A program made the position numbers and the translations under genes. Shown in pieces: positions 50,201 through 63,859 of a stretch of DNA of 64,000 nt; position 1 is the stretch's first letter, and each line of letters opens with the position of its first letter. The stretch is from Lama glama (Eukaryota), in assembly GCA_028534125.1 (NCBI GenBank), contig CM052816.1, positions 25,732,001-25,796,000 of the forward strand, in the 5' to 3' direction. Below the pieces are notes generated by a model that was not told the DNA's origin, searched no databases, and was given only the letters and a program-made list of their open reading frames with translations.

Positions 50201-50564
50201 TGTGATGGGCTGAAATGTCTTTCCCCCCAAATTCATACGTCAAAAGACCTAGCCAGTCACATAGTCAGAATATGACTATGTTTGGAGATACCGCCTTTAA
50301 AGAGGAAATTAAGGTTAAATTAGGTCATATGAGTGGGCCTTAGTGAAGTCTGACTGGTGTCCTTATAATAAGAGGAAATTTGAGCACACACAAAGACATA
50401 CCAGAGGAGAGGCCATGGGAGGACACAGCAAGATGGCAGCCATCTGCAAGCCAAGGAGAGCGGCCTTGATCTTCCAGTCTCCACAATTGTGAGAAAACAA
50501 AGTTCTGTAGTTTAAGCCATCCTGTCTGTGGTATTTTATTATGGCAGGCCTGGCAAACTAATCC
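50201..50564 (+). mobile_element. MLT1A/B-like MaLR LTR inserted in an old L1/HAL1 ORF1-like remnant
   Basis: TGTGATGGGCTGAAATGTC...CCAAATTCATA...GACTGGTGTCCTTATAA...CATCTGCAAGCCAAGGAGAG...GCAAACTAATCCA. The flanks (49660-50830) are A-rich and ORF1-like. Confidence 0.85.
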
Positions 50565-51029
50565 AGACCAAAACATGGAAAGTATGAGAAGATAGTTAAG
50601 AAATACAGAAGATACAGCCAGAAGTTTTAGCATTTATTCACTAAGACTCCCAGATAGGTAGAACAGAGATAACGGAAGAAAGAACAGAAGCAAGACAAAT
50701 TCTCCGAATTAGAGACAAATAAGAGTCTGACAGAAGAGTCTCAGGTTTGCTAAGCAAGATTCATTTAAAAAACAGCCATAAGTACACACATTGTGAAGTT
50801 TAACAAGTAAATCAGAAAAAAAGTGATGTGAGACTCTTTTTGAATACAGTAATGTATTTGCAACCAAAATGCACAGTGAGTTTGTTGTAGCCCAGCCAGC
50901 GTTTTTGACATCTTTTCTGTCTCCCATTGATAGAATCAAAGTTTAGAAGCTGCTTTCTACAGATCTCTTATTTCTTTTAAGTAAGGAAATTGAGCCTTAG
51001 ATTAACTGGCTGGGTGTTTTTGAAGACAT

Positions 51030-51675
51030 AGTTTCAAATTTTTGGACACTCTCTCAGAGGACCCCCCCTCCGATGGATCTCTGTTCCCTCCCCGTGAATC
51101 TGAGTGGGCCTGTGACTGCTTGGACTGAGACAGTTTGGCACGAGGGCAGCCAACTGTTCTAGGTTTCCCGGGACTCTCTGGGTTTTAGCACTGGAAAGCC
51201 CCCAAGAAACTCTTCAGAACTAGACAAACCAGGATAGTTAGTGACCAGAGAAGCAAGTTAGGTGCCTTCTAAGGTTGAATCTTAAAATGCCGGGCAGCTA
51301 TTACCGCATTCACTAGAAGACTCACTCTTGGAGCTCTGAGGTGTCATGTAAGGAGTTTGACTATCCTGAAGCTGCCACCTTGGAATGGCCAGGAGTAGGT
51401 GTTTAGATCGACAGTCCCAGCTGAGCTCAGCTCTCCAGGTGTCTCCCCAAGGTGCCAGAAATGTGAGTGAAGCTGTCTAGGACCCTCTAGGCTAGCCCAG
51501 GCTCCAACTGAGTGCCACCAAGTAGCCTCTTTTAGTCCCACATGGAACAGAAAGATTTATCAGCAAGGCCTGCTCTTATTACTGACCCTCAAAACCATTG
51601 AAATAGATTGGTTGTTATTTTAAGGCCCTAAGTTTGAGAGTTGCTTGTTACATAGCTGTAGATAATTAGAACAGT
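51030..51675 (+). mobile_element. MLT1H-like LTR with a MER81-like MITE insertion (about 51143-51248)
   Basis: TGAATCTGAGTGGGCCTGTGACTGCTTGGAC...GACAGTCCCAGCTGAGC...GTTGTTATTTTAAG...AGATAATTAGAACA. Insert: CAACTGTTCTAGGTTTCCCGGGAC...GTTTTAGCACTGGAAAG. Confidence 0.7.
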
Positions 51676-51934
51676 GGCTGAAATTATCAATAGATTCTCA
51701 GGTCTACGTCAGTTCTGATCCAGTGTCGGGTCTACCACAACTCAGCATTATGACTTTTTTTTTTCCTTCCAGGATTTGTATAGATCCTCTTCTAAACTGA
51801 GACATAGCTTTCTAGGTATTACATACACTTATTGGTCTATAGTAAGTAGATGTTAAAGTAAACTGTCTTTTGAAAAAGGAATGCTTTATTTCTTTTTAAA
51901 AAAAAACATATTTCTGGCTCACAATATATTTTTA

Positions 51935-52652
51935 TATCCACTCTGCCTCTAATCAGGGAGGGAAACCAAGTAGTAATTTGAGCAGGGAAATTTTAATATA
52001 AATAATTATTCAGTATAATGGGATTTTAGTAATGAGGGACTGGCTAGTAAGAAGTTAAGAGAACTTTAATGAATGTAAGAATTAAAGATACATAATATAA
52101 TATCAGAAATAATACAATATAGTGTAGCTACTCTCCCTGGTGCTGAGAGAAAACACCCAAGGAAGAGTTCTCTGGTCCCTCACATTCAGAGCTGAAACCC
52201 AGATCTTTTGGAGACAACATGGCCTTGGCTCACTCGATGGCAAAGAAGTCTTTGTGGAGCCCTGCTAGCAGAACTTGCAGGAAATCTGCACCCTAAGGTG
52301 ATGGAGAAAGCTGTACACAGGAGAGTATCTCATAAGAGGCATTTAGCTATGATACTGGATACTGGGCTGCCAGGGGAAGTTGCTGGTCACTATGTACTGC
52401 AGGACCAGTGTATGCTGTGGAGCTTGGTGCTGGAGAAGCCATCCATGCTGCACGAACCTGCCAAGTGATGATACTAGAACCAGGATGCAAAACCCTTCCC
52501 TTCTGCAGTGTCTCTCCAGTGCCCTCTACTAACAAAATTTAACATTGTGCCAGCTGGCAAGAAAACCTATTTAAAGGCTCAGATCTACTTTTACCAAGTG
52601 GGCAAAAAGGGTAAATTCAGAGCTGAGTGGCTAAAAAAAGATAACTGACAAT
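51935..52652. mobile_element. Ancient LTR (LTR78/LTR79-like)
   Basis: CCTCTACTAACAAAATTTAACATTGTGCCAGCTGGCAAG...GGGCAAAAAGGGTAAATTCAGAGCTGAG...GATAACTGACA. Confidence 0.6.
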
Positions 52653-52874
52653 TATTATGAAATATGCATCAAGATTTCGCTTTATCATGTCTGGAACTTC
52701 TCATATCAAGTTCTATAAAGGATTATCCAGATGTTTCCAAAAGTGAATATTTTAGATAGGGACGGTCATGTGCTGAAATATCAAACTGATTTTCCAATCA
52801 TAATTTTTATATGAATACCATTTTGTAGAGTACCAAACCATTGAATGTTGTTTCCAAAATTATTATTAAAAACC

Positions 52875-53050
52875 CCATTAGTGATGGTAAATAGGCATAA
52901 GGTTTCTTTTTAAGGTGATGGGGCTATTCTAAAATTAGATGTGGTGATGGTTGAAAAATTCTGTAAATATACTAAAATTCATTGAATTGTACACTTAAAA
53001 TGGGTGAGTCTTATGGTACATAAATTCTATCTCAATAGAATGTTTTTTTT
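52875..53050 (+). mobile_element. L1M 3' end
   Basis: GGTTTCTTTTTAAGGTGATG...TTCTAAAATTAGATGTGGTGATGGTTG...CATTGAATTGTACACTTAAAATGGGTGA...TATCTCAATA. Confidence 0.8.
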
Positions 53051-54659
53051 AAACAGACCCTATATACTCAACTTTTCAAATGGAGAAATAGACAATACAT
53101 ATTTAAAGGTCTGAGAAATGCTAGGTAACCTATTTTTCCACTGCTAATTCATTTAATAATTTTAATACTGTTATCAGATATTATACGCATATCCAGTACC
53201 CACATTTTTTCCTTTTTATAATATTTTTTCCAGAGCTACAGTATTTTACAATGCCTATAAATCTTTTCTGATTTTTCTTAAAAATGATATACCAGTCCCA
53301 ATGATTTTTTTCCATTAGAACATCTTTGAATGTTTTGGGAAATATTTTTAGAATATTTTGTATAATCATCTTTAGATACAGTATGATTCTATTGGCAACA
53401 AAATGATATTTATCATCCTAGGAACTTCTTTCTTACTTAGGATTTATTCTATTGAATTTAAATAAATTTTCTGAGATGGCTGCTGAGGTTGCAGATTATT
53501 TTTGCTTTGTTTTCTTCTTGAAACAGTCTCATCTTGGAAGTTTTGTTTGTGACCTGGGGTCTAACTACCTCGGTGCTAGAACTGGAAATCCTGGGCCCTG
53601 TTTTCTAATACTGACCTATGCCTCTGCTAAGGAATATAGGGAGTCCATTACTTGGTTCCTCATTTCTAGAATGCAGAGGTTAATGACTTTGTAGAATTAG
53701 GTTCATCCCTAAGTGACTATCCAACTTTTTAAGAAATTTTGAAAATACAATATAAAAAATGGGTCCTTTTCAAGAATGACCCAATAAGTTTATTTTTTGT
53801 ATCATCAAATCTATCACAGTGTCTGCAATATAACTGGTATTTAATAAATGATATTTAAGTAAATGCATAAAATAATGTTATAAAATAAACCAGTGAAATT
53901 TGATGAGAGCATCTGCATTTTGTATTGAAGCCAGTGCCTGAAATATGGATCAATGACAAACATTCACTTTGGGCTTACAGATAGCTCTAAGTACAGAAGC
54001 CTTTTACCTTAGACACATGTGACCCAGTGGGATGTAAAGTTGGACTGTAGAGAAAAGCCCCAAAGTTCCTTCTTATTTTTATCCTCTAAACCCTGTTAAG
54101 AAACAGGGAGACCAATTTACAATGATACACTCATTAAATGTTTTGTACTTTGACAAAATAAATCTGTTCTACTATCCCAAGTTTTTTTCCCCTTAACTCA
54201 TCAGCTTCCCAGAAAGTTACTGGATATACTAAATTATTAACAGCTCTAGGTGTCTGAATAAAAAATTCTAATCATCTCAGCCTCTGGTCCATGAGCTGTT
54301 TGACATCTACTGCCTGCTAGGACTGTCCTGGGTTCCACTGATGTCCTTATGCTGCTGCGGCACAAGGGGCAGTCACCTTGTTCAAGCAGCTCCCCAAGTC
54401 TCTACTTACTCCCTCCACTTTGAGTTTTCTGTGCTAGAAATATTTGTACATGATGGATGGTCTTACTGTTGACACAACTGAGTGGTCTTCCTCCCTGCCC
54501 CTCCTTTCTCAGCTAGGATCTGTGTCCATCAGTGAACCTCTAAAACCCTAACTTCTCTCTCTACAGACGCCCTTCTCTCAAAGTGGATGTTGAAGGCTGT
54601 TTCACATTAACATCAGTAAAAGTCTCCTCCTACATGTAGAAGTCTACTCATGTATAGAA

Positions 54660-56240
54660 GTGCGAGGTAAGTTGATTAATTTCTTCAAACTACCCTTCTC
54701 TATTCCTTTTCAACAGCAAGCTTCTAAAAAGAGTGGGCTTTATTCGATCTTTCCATTTGCTCCCCTCTATTTCTGTCCTGAACCCGCTGGTTTTTGCTAC
54801 CATTTTGCTTGTGTTGCTCTTTCTATGATCACTAAGTCTTTCCCCCTAATAAAAACCAATGGAGGCTTTTCAGTCTCACACTAACTTGATTACCCTCATG
54901 CATTTGGAATTGCTGATCATGCTCTCCTTCTCAGATGTATCCCTGACCTGTTGCTTTTTTTTTTTTTTAATCTCTCTGCTCACTCATTCATCATTCAAAC
55001 AGTTACACTTTCTGCTGCAAATTTCAATGTTGGTGTTCTCTAGGGAGACCATTTTTGACCCTATGTTCTGTTTGTTGACATTAACTTTGGCTTCAAGCGA
55101 CATGTTTTCATTCATAAAGAGCTATCATTCAACAGGTTTTCATTCATAAAGACCTCTCCCTGCTCTCGTTAGTTTATTTAATTTGGCTATAGTAGGTTCC
55201 TGTAGAAATTGTACTTTCTAAGTTGAGAGCTTTTAAGTTCAGAGTTGGCTTATTGCATATTTATTGTTGTCATTTGTCCACTAAATATACTTGTTGACTT
55301 GAATATTATTTCAAGACATCTTGAGCTGCTCGTTAACCATTATGATCCCCTACATTTTGGGGGAATCTTTTCTACTGTCCCCCATGTAGAAGTTCGATAT
55401 AAGTTTATTAAATTAACAAACATTTTTTGAACATTTGATTCCAAGAACTCTGCCAGGCATCATGGATGATGGATGATATAATTCATTTATTAGTTTCTGG
55501 TCCTTTTCTGACTACCTTTTGTTTATATATATGAATATGACTGTAAATTAACTTATAAGAGTTTGAAGAGTTTTCCATAGGTGTACTAAAGCTAGGTCAT
55601 TCATTGCCTTGTGATAAATTTAAACTCTTCTTCATAGGGGATAAAGGCCATCCTCCAGTCCAGTCTGGCTGAGAGCACCCTTTTATACATTATAAAAGGC
55701 CGCCCTTTCTCAGGCTGATGCAGCTCAGTGCCAGGGCACCTAGCTTGGTGAGCAGAGCATGAGCTGGATGCCAGCTTCTATTGCTCCCTCACCAGAACAC
55801 CTCTGCATGGGTTCATAATGGCCCCATCTAAAGTAAGGCTGCAACCTCAAGCCCGACCTCCATTCCTCCCCCTCAGGGTCCCTGTGACCTAACGAAGCTG
55901 GACTAGCTCTGCTGTTCTGTTCTTTTTGCCTCTCCATCTGTGCTCATTGTGTCTCCTCTTCCTGGTGTGGTCTTCCCTCCACCTCCGTCCTACTGTGGGA
56001 CCACAGTCTGACCTCCTTCTGCCCTAGGGCCTGTGCTCATTCCTTACATAACACTAGCTCTTCTTCTCCAAAGGAATGCTTCTTGTATTTACTATCCTAA
56101 ATTAAGTCTTTTCTGGAGTTTGGCAAGTGTCTCATCTCAGCTATGAAATCTGAAGCATCTCTAGAACAGAGATGATGTATTATTCCTCTTTGTATCTTCT
56201 GTGAACCTGTATAACACAATAGAAGTTTGCTGAATGAATA
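54660..56240 (+). mobile_element. Scattered L2 remnants
   Basis: AAACCAATGGAGGCTTTTCAGTC... (54850) and TTCCTCTTTGTATC...AATAGAAGTTTGCTGAATGAAT (56180-56240). Discontinuous. Confidence 0.45.
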
Positions 56241-57539
56241 TCTCAAGCTGAATCACAGGAAATGAGTTAATATTTGTAAAATGCTTAGCACAGTGCCCTT
56301 CCCAGAGTAAGTGCTATACAGGTGTTTGTTAAGTAAAATTATAGGTTGTTAGGACATGAGTTTGGATTTGAGAGGACTATTGTTATTATAATTAATGATA
56401 ATTATGTCCATAATTTATTAATAGACTCAGAAATACTTTCCTCTTTTATCACTGGACTTTCAGTAATGTGGAACCGTAGATAGAAACATTGCTTTCTTTT
56501 TATATTCTGTTCCTTTTTCTAATTACATATCATTTCTCTCACAGCGATAGTTAAATCTCATTATATTTAATGATTTATCCATTTTCTGCTATAACAGTTT
56601 TATCAGTGACTCCTTGTGTTATAATCTCATTATTTCACAAAATTATACCCTATTTGTTAAGAATAGTAGCTGTTACCATGATTTCATCTTCTTCAATGCT
56701 CTTTTTAATCTCAGTGTCATAGCCTTCTTTGTGAAAAGATTAAACATTTTTCCCTTCATTTAGTCTAATTCTGTTCAATGTGGCTTATATAGTGTCTTTC
56801 ACTATATTTGCTATTTTATTTAAAGAATTCAATTCTATGTCTGAACTGTTGGTTTCATTTCTACAACTCAATTTCTTTGAATAAGATAGAAAACATGCAC
56901 TGAAGAAATCTAAATTACCAAAGTTTTTCTTTCTCCCAGTGTGTAATATACTTATAATGAAATATTAAATCTTCATTTCTTAATTTCTATTGAGTATATT
57001 TCTATATGGGATTTATTTTTTTCCTTCCTTATTGAAATATAGTTTATATAGAAAGTTACAAAGAGTTCAAATAGTCTCCCAAGTGCATATTGAAAATATA
57101 AACAGAACATTACAGATTTTTACCATATATGGCCCAGCAAGTGAATTTGACCTAAAACAAACAAACAAACAAAACAGTGAGTAAACAAATGGTAGGAAGC
57201 AAGTATAATCTGCTGCTTGTTTGTATACACAGCATTATCCTTTGAGACAATTTTACCCTATTGGGTTAACACCAAAAATGTTCCAAAGCCAAGGAATAAA
57301 TTGTGTTTCTGAATAGCTCTTCCTTCTCTAAGACCTAGTAGATTTTTTTCTTTCACTTTTATTAGAGAAATTCCCAAATATATATGTGTGTATTACATAA
57401 AGAATATTATGATCCAGTGTATATATATATATTGCTAGTCTCAAAAATAAGCAGTCATGTCATTTTTAACCTCACTCTGCTACCCATTATAGTAATTTTT
57501 AAAAATATTTTACATTCACTGTTGTCTGGAGCCATGTTT

Positions 57540-57790
57540 TGGTGGCAGTCAAGGGCAGTGGTTAAGCATCCACACTCAGGCTGGGCTTCCTACATTAAAT
57601 CTTGGCTCCCCCAAGATTTGGCTTTGCTACTTGAAAAAGCTTCTTATTTTTTCTCTGTCTCAGTTTCCTCATCTGATGATGACACCTCAGGGGGCAGCTA
57701 TGAAGATTAAATGAATCAACACATAAGAAGAATTAAGAAGAGATTTCTGGAACATGGTAGGTCACAGATATATTTCCTATTATTATTCAC
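57540..57790 (+). mobile_element. MIR
   Basis: GCAGTGGTTAAGCA...AAATCTTGGCTCC...TCTCTGTCTCAGTTTCCTCATCTG...GAAGATTAAATGA. Confidence 0.8.
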
Positions 57791-58191
57791 TATCTTAAAT
57801 TAGAACCCTATTTTAAGTTTGAAAAAGTTGTGTATGCTTACGGCATTCATGGATTTGGGGGGGATAATCATGTAAATTTTAAACAATTTAAAAAATTATA
57901 GATATGATGCCTTAATTATGAATAAATATATTTTTTCTCCTTTGCTCCTAAAAGTGGTTTGACATGACTACTTTTCAGTATTAAACTAGAAGTGTTTTAA
58001 TTTCATATTTTAAATTTTTTAAATCTCAGAGGAAAAAATTCTAGTTGGGATAGATAGTGTTTAAGATGTAAAAACTAAAGCACATGTCAGAACAATTTGT
58101 TCATTTAACTTTTGTGGGAATTCCTCTAAAATCAAAGGAAACACCACAAGAACCCACAGACACAGAAAACATTGCAATAGCGTTAGAAGAG

Positions 58192-58340
58192 TGGGGACAG
58201 TATAGCTCAGTGAGAGAGTGCATGCTTAGCATGCACGAGGTCTTAGGTTCAACCCTCAATACCTCCATTAAATAGATAAATAAACGTAATTACTGCCCCC
58301 CCAAAAGAAAAAACAAAGCACAAGTGAAGGATTAAAAAAA
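58192..58340 (+). mobile_element. tRNA-derived SINE, camelid Vic-1-like
   Basis: GGGGACAGTATAGCTCAGTGAGAGAGTGCATGCTTAGCATGCACGAGGTCTTAGGTTCAACCCTCAATACCTCC...TAATTACTGCCCCCC followed by an A-rich tail. Same family as 39700-39827. Confidence 0.88.
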
Positions 58341-58609
58341 TATTGTGAGCTATCTTTAAAAAAAAAAAGGAAACTATGGTTAAAAGAAATGTTGCCGTAC
58401 TTTAACTTATATTTGTAGCAAATCCCAAATATGATCATTACATTTTAAATGTGCTTAAAAATAAAGCAAAACTAAACAAAAAAACCAACAAAAAAACCCA
58501 AGGTTCTTCCCTGGATGATTTTAAGAATCTTGAAAAAGGAAGACACAAGGAAAGAAAAGAAAGGAAAAGAAACAAAAAGGTGATTAAAATGTTTTTGGAA
58601 GGAGAGAGT

Positions 58610-58800
58610 CCATAGAGCAGGCTGGCTTGCAGTGCACGTGGAGCTGTAGAGAAACCTGAACATACTGGCCCAGGAGTCAGCCAATCAGAAGGCTGAGAAC
58701 CATATTTCCATAATGATGATTGGCTGGTGGACTGGTGGCTCAGCTGAGCTGAGGATGGGACGGAAATGCTCTGCTGAGAAATAGCAAAACAACTTTCTGG
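58610..58800. promoter_or_regulatory. Candidate promoter/enhancer with paired inverted CCAAT boxes
   Basis: CACGTG (58635-58640), CAGCCAATCA (58678-58687), TGATTGGCTG (58717-58726) and ETS-like CGGAAAT (58761). Confidence 0.45.
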
Positions 58801-61800
58801 CTTTCTGTTGTTTATTGCATATTCTCCAAATGATTGTAGTGATTCATCCTTTAGGAAAGCTTGTTTTGAAAACAAAAGAGGCACAGTTGTTCACAACAAA
58901 AGTGATACTCAGCAGCCAAGGAACTGAGTATAAAAGTACTCTTTTATTTTTCTTTAAAATGAACTTAAGTCTCCTGATTTTTTTCTAACCAAGTATGTTA
59001 AGACTTCCAAGGAGATTCCTAAGGGTTTAATTTAAATTATAATTTTGACCGGGGTTACGATTTCTGATAAGCATCATCTTTGCTTTATGAATCTGTCAGC
59101 TTTGTGAAATATGCACAAATATAATGTAGTTTGTAAAGTGTGGGAAAATTCTTAAGTCCTAGGACCAAAAGTGTATGAAATTCTCTGACAGTTAAGGGGA
59201 TTCTGCTAATCTCCAAAAGAAAGCTCTATTAGGAAATCTTTTTATTGCATTCTGTATGAAAGCAAGATACATTCTCACAAACGTTTACACATATATAAAT
59301 ATCCACAGTCATTAAGTCATAGTGATTTTTTAAAATGACAAAAGAGGAAAGGGGAAAATGGGAGGCAAGGTGGAAAGATGGAGCAGAACACGGCGGTACC
59401 CTGCTGCCTTTTGGCCCTCTCCTGCTTGTTGGTTTGTGTTTTGTTTTAGTTGTTGTTTTACAATCAAATAGAGCAATGACAACATTGCACGTCCACGTTT
59501 TAAATGTTGGTTTTACATTCATTCTTTCCACAAACAATCTTTCTGGAAATGAGAATAATTCCATAATGCAGATTAAGCAGAAGTATTTTTCAATCTTTCC
59601 CAGTGACCATTCCTTGGCTAGCTAACAGACCAGCCATTCAGAAGCAATTTTCTTCAGGCTGAAATTATGTGCTGACCGTAGCAGATCACTTCCCATAATA
59701 ACCCTTCCCCCACCCAATGCTAAATACAATCTGTCTCCTACTCACTGTAATAACGTGCAAATGACTGTAATTTTGCAGACAAGAAACAGCCCAAAGTGAA
59801 ACGTGTCTAAACAGAGGTCGATTTGAAAAATCAGGGCTATTACCTAAATCTGTAAAATACATATTGTAATAAAACCAACAACAGCAATCTCCAATAAGTA
59901 GTTTTTTAAAAATGTAGCTTGTGTTTTGATCTTCGTTTTGCACCCAGTCTCCACTGGCATAAAAGAAAAATCCTTTTCCAGAAATGGTTTCATTACATGC
60001 GATGAAAATTGCCTTACTTTGCTAACCGATCTGCAGACCTTGCTTGGGCATCGGTTCAGATGTAGTAGCGCACACCACACTGTAAGGGCTGGGCCAAGGG
60101 GAGGTAAAATTTCAGACACTTAACACTGACCTACATCGCGTTCTCTCCATGTGAGCAGTATACAAATGCTTTCCTTTAGAAGAATGTGCTGCTTTGCAAT
60201 ATTTTACTGGGTTCCCTAGGACTGTATGGCATAAAAGGGACATGATTTGCTGCTTTTCCTTTGGGATTATTTTCAGCTTGAGGATTGGGAGGAGGAACGG
60301 ATAGATACCTGTACATAAAGGGAAAAGCTCCTCCTTCTTTAACAATACATTTCTTCATTATTAAATTTATTGTAGCCATGAATTGGAGCATGGAAAATGT
60401 GCTTTATATCATTTCAATTTGTTTAAGCAAAACTATGTTAGAAAGATCTTTGGAGATAGATAGACATTGTTCTCCTTCCTTGGATGCAGGGTCCCTCTGT
60501 TCTACTCTAAGGAGCTTAAATGGAATGTGAACTAATAGGGCAAGGAAATGACCTGAAAAGTTAACACAGCTCAGTGTTATAACATTATACAATGTGTGTA
60601 AATGTCTGTATTCACAAAATGTATATCAGAATGTCTGAGAATCTTCCACGATGAGTCCATGGCAGGGTGAACACCATAGGTGTCTTTCTTCCCTAGCGCC
60701 CCACCCCCACCCCGCACCCCTCTTAGGATCTGCAGTATTTCTGTGCTGGGTCCTCTCTCTCCATTTGACATCTGCTTCTTGGCACTTTGGTCCATTGATA
60801 TTTCAGGATATTGCAAAAACGACCAATGTTTGACCAAGAACACTGCTCACCTCTTTTTGGGGACAATTGTCTAGAGATGGATCCTCCACAGAAACTTGAA
60901 TTGGATTTAGTAAACATGTATGAAAAGGCAGAGAGAGTTTCCTCTGAAAGACCTTTCCTAGGTAGGAAGTTAGGAGATTACTCCTAGGTAAAGGGAAGAA
61001 TGGTCTAGTGTTTGTGTGGGTGTCTTAATAAATCACCAACTCCATTTTCGCCAAAAAGCCAGTCAGGTCACCTCCCCACAGCATTGAGGCAGGTCTGTTG
61101 ATAAACAACCCCAGACAGATAAAGAGTCTTTCTTCACAATCTTCTTGGGCAGCCAGAAGGTTTCTCGTTATGTCCAAATTAAGTTCCTTTTCCCATAAAT
61201 TAAGCCCATTTCCAGGTAGGTTTTAATTTTTTTAACTTTGCTTTCTGCTTTTCCCCTTGGTCTTGAGTAACTCTCTAGTGTCAAGGTTGGCATAGATTTA
61301 GAAAAGCCACGGCCAGGTATAGGCTCCCTTCCAAAAAAAAATTCAAGAATTTATTTCTGATCCTTAATAATATACCACAAATCAGAGGAAACGACACTGA
61401 AGAAAGACCACCGTGTTTTTCTGTTAGTGCCTGAAGCCCCTGGCCGCCTCAGCATTGAGCTCTCTGCCCTTAAAAAGGGGTAAAAGTCTTGTGCCAGGAC
61501 CTTTTAATGACCTAGTAATTGAAGCAGTATGTGCAGGGGCAGAGCTGGTGGTGGTGGTGATTGGAGGTGGGATAGCATGCTCTAACTGCTCCCTTTACAC
61601 TATCCTTGTGCTCCTCCCACACCTTCACTCCTCCTAGACTCCTTTCCAGACAGTTCCTCCCCTCTACCACATCTCTGAGTAGCCAGGCACTAAAATGTGA
61701 AATTACAGAGTATACATATTATACGAGAGTGTACTAGTATGATCAAGTATACACATGTAGACATTAGTTCTCGGACTTGTATGCTCCCTGTTATTCTGGT

Positions 61801-63859
61801 AAGAGATGAAGATAACATTTTCCCAATTTTGTGAGGGGAGTAGCTCTGATTTTCTAAGCCAGTAGTTAATTATCTTCGTTTCATTCATCAATTAGCTGAT
61901 AGCCCTCTGCTGTCTCTTGATTGGCCCCTTTGTCAAACAAAACAAAACAAACATGCACAAAGTCAGCATAACAATTCAAGTCTCCTGGCAGAACTTGGAG
62001 GGCAGGAGGTGGGGGTGGGGTGCAAATGGAGGGTGGAGATGTTGGTATGGAAGGAAAATGCTTTAGTTTATCAAAAATGGTTTGGGTTAAAGATGTGATT
62101 GAATTGGTCATACGCCTCTATCTTTGACCGAGTGGGGTTTATTAAAAAGGTTTAAGAATTAGGGTTAGTTGTTGAAGTTAAGGTTAGATTAGATTATTTA
62201 AGTACTAAGAAGCCCAAACTTGGTTTTAGTTACACTAAATCTATGCTGCAGACCCTGTGATTTGCTTTCTCCAAGGAAGTGTGTTGGAGGAGTGCTTCTA
62301 CCTTTTCAAACTTTATCAGGTCTTTCCAAGTCCAGTTGTTTTAAGAGCTAATCATTGATTTTTCCAAGCTGATATAACATATGGGATAGCCAGGGGCTTC
62401 GCTTCTGAAGGCTGAAATGTAGGTGATACTCCAGGGACACAGGAAGTGCCTAAGAATGATCTGGTCCATTGAGGGACCACTCGTCTAAAAGAAGACAAGT
62501 TAAAAATTAATGTGTATCTCCCGTTATCAGTGGGACACACACAAATGGTAAAATCTGTACATTCAAAAATATAAAACAAATATCAAAGTTAAAATAGAGG
62601 AGAAGTGGATATCAGATATCTAATTTGCCCCATTTTACTTGTTAATGTGTGGCTTTGATTTGAATGTCAGTCTATTTAGGAAGTTGGAAGGACTAGTATA
62701 GACTGCATTCCTCTAGTTTATATACCCCAGTGAAGGATGGAAACTGCTGTATATTACTATTTGCAGCATCAAATCTAGTTCATCTTGGGTAGTGAAACAA
62801 CTAATTGGCATTTTTAAAAAATGAACTAAATATACTGAAAGCTCAACACGAATCAATAGACATTACTTAAAACATGTGACATAAATATTTTTATTGATCC
62901 GCAAAGTCATCGCTGAATATTTACATCATAAGCTACCTTCTGCTAGCTCTAATTCACTTTGTATGTCCATTTGACTCAGTTAAGACACATTCTTAAATTG
63001 CAATTGTCATGTGGAAATTACAAAGCCAGTGGTACTGGGTCTTTAAAACTTGGGATCATGACGCTTTCAAATATATTCAGAGTACCCTTTGACTTAAAAT
63101 TTTCCATATTACAGCTCCTAAAAGTGATAGAAAATAACGATGAAAAATTCAAACTAAAAGTACTCTAAGGGCTTAATGTATATAAATACATTAGCTTAAG
63201 TATATTAGCTGTTACAGGACAAATGCTGAACTTGTTACTTCATATTAACCTATCTTGTCCTGTGACCTCAGAGTCTCATTAACTTGGTTGTTGGCATTTG
63301 TCCTACAATAAATTCTAAAATATTTTTGTGTTCTTGGTGGATTGCACCATGCAGGGTTCAGAGGACTTTGACACCCGCCTCTTCCCGATAGTGTTAAAGA
63401 TTTGGGGTAAGGGGAACTCTCAGAATCGCTTGGTTTAATAATAGTACTGGAACTATTTAACGAGTTAATCTTCCTAGTGTATTTATCTCCCCTAAATAGA
63501 TTTTTTTTTAAATGAGGCTGGCCCGAGGTGTTAATATTGTTGGTTGGGACCTTATTTTATTTTTTATTTTTTTGGAGCTGCTGAGGACAAGGTGGAAAAG
63601 CCTTGTTACTGATTCCAGGGAAGAACCTTTCACGTAGTTGTGGTTAAATGGTTGCCAGCATTCACACTTCATTGCTTGTGGACCAGAAGACTGGAAACAA
63701 AAGGGTTACTTGTTTCCCCACCACCGCCTTCACCCCTAGATCGATTTTTCTTATTTAATCAGCAAGTAAAATGAGAGACACAGGGAAAAAAAAAAATTGG
63801 AAGAAGAGTAAAGTGGTGGGGGAGGGTTGAAAGCCAGAAGCTGCAATACAGAAAATCAG

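Noticed and set aside
58198..58265. tRNA-Ala-like gene (A/B boxes)
   Set aside because: It is the head of a SINE with a family-specific tail and a second copy at 39.7 kb. No intact acceptor stem.
58438..58884. Longest ORF (148 aa, minus strand)
   Set aside because: Non-ATG start, and an F/L-rich tail produced by A-rich low-complexity DNA. No recognisable domain.
62273..62290. AAGGAAGTGTGT resembling the miR-206 3' part
   Set aside because: It lacks the TGGAATGT seed end and has no pre-miRNA hairpin.
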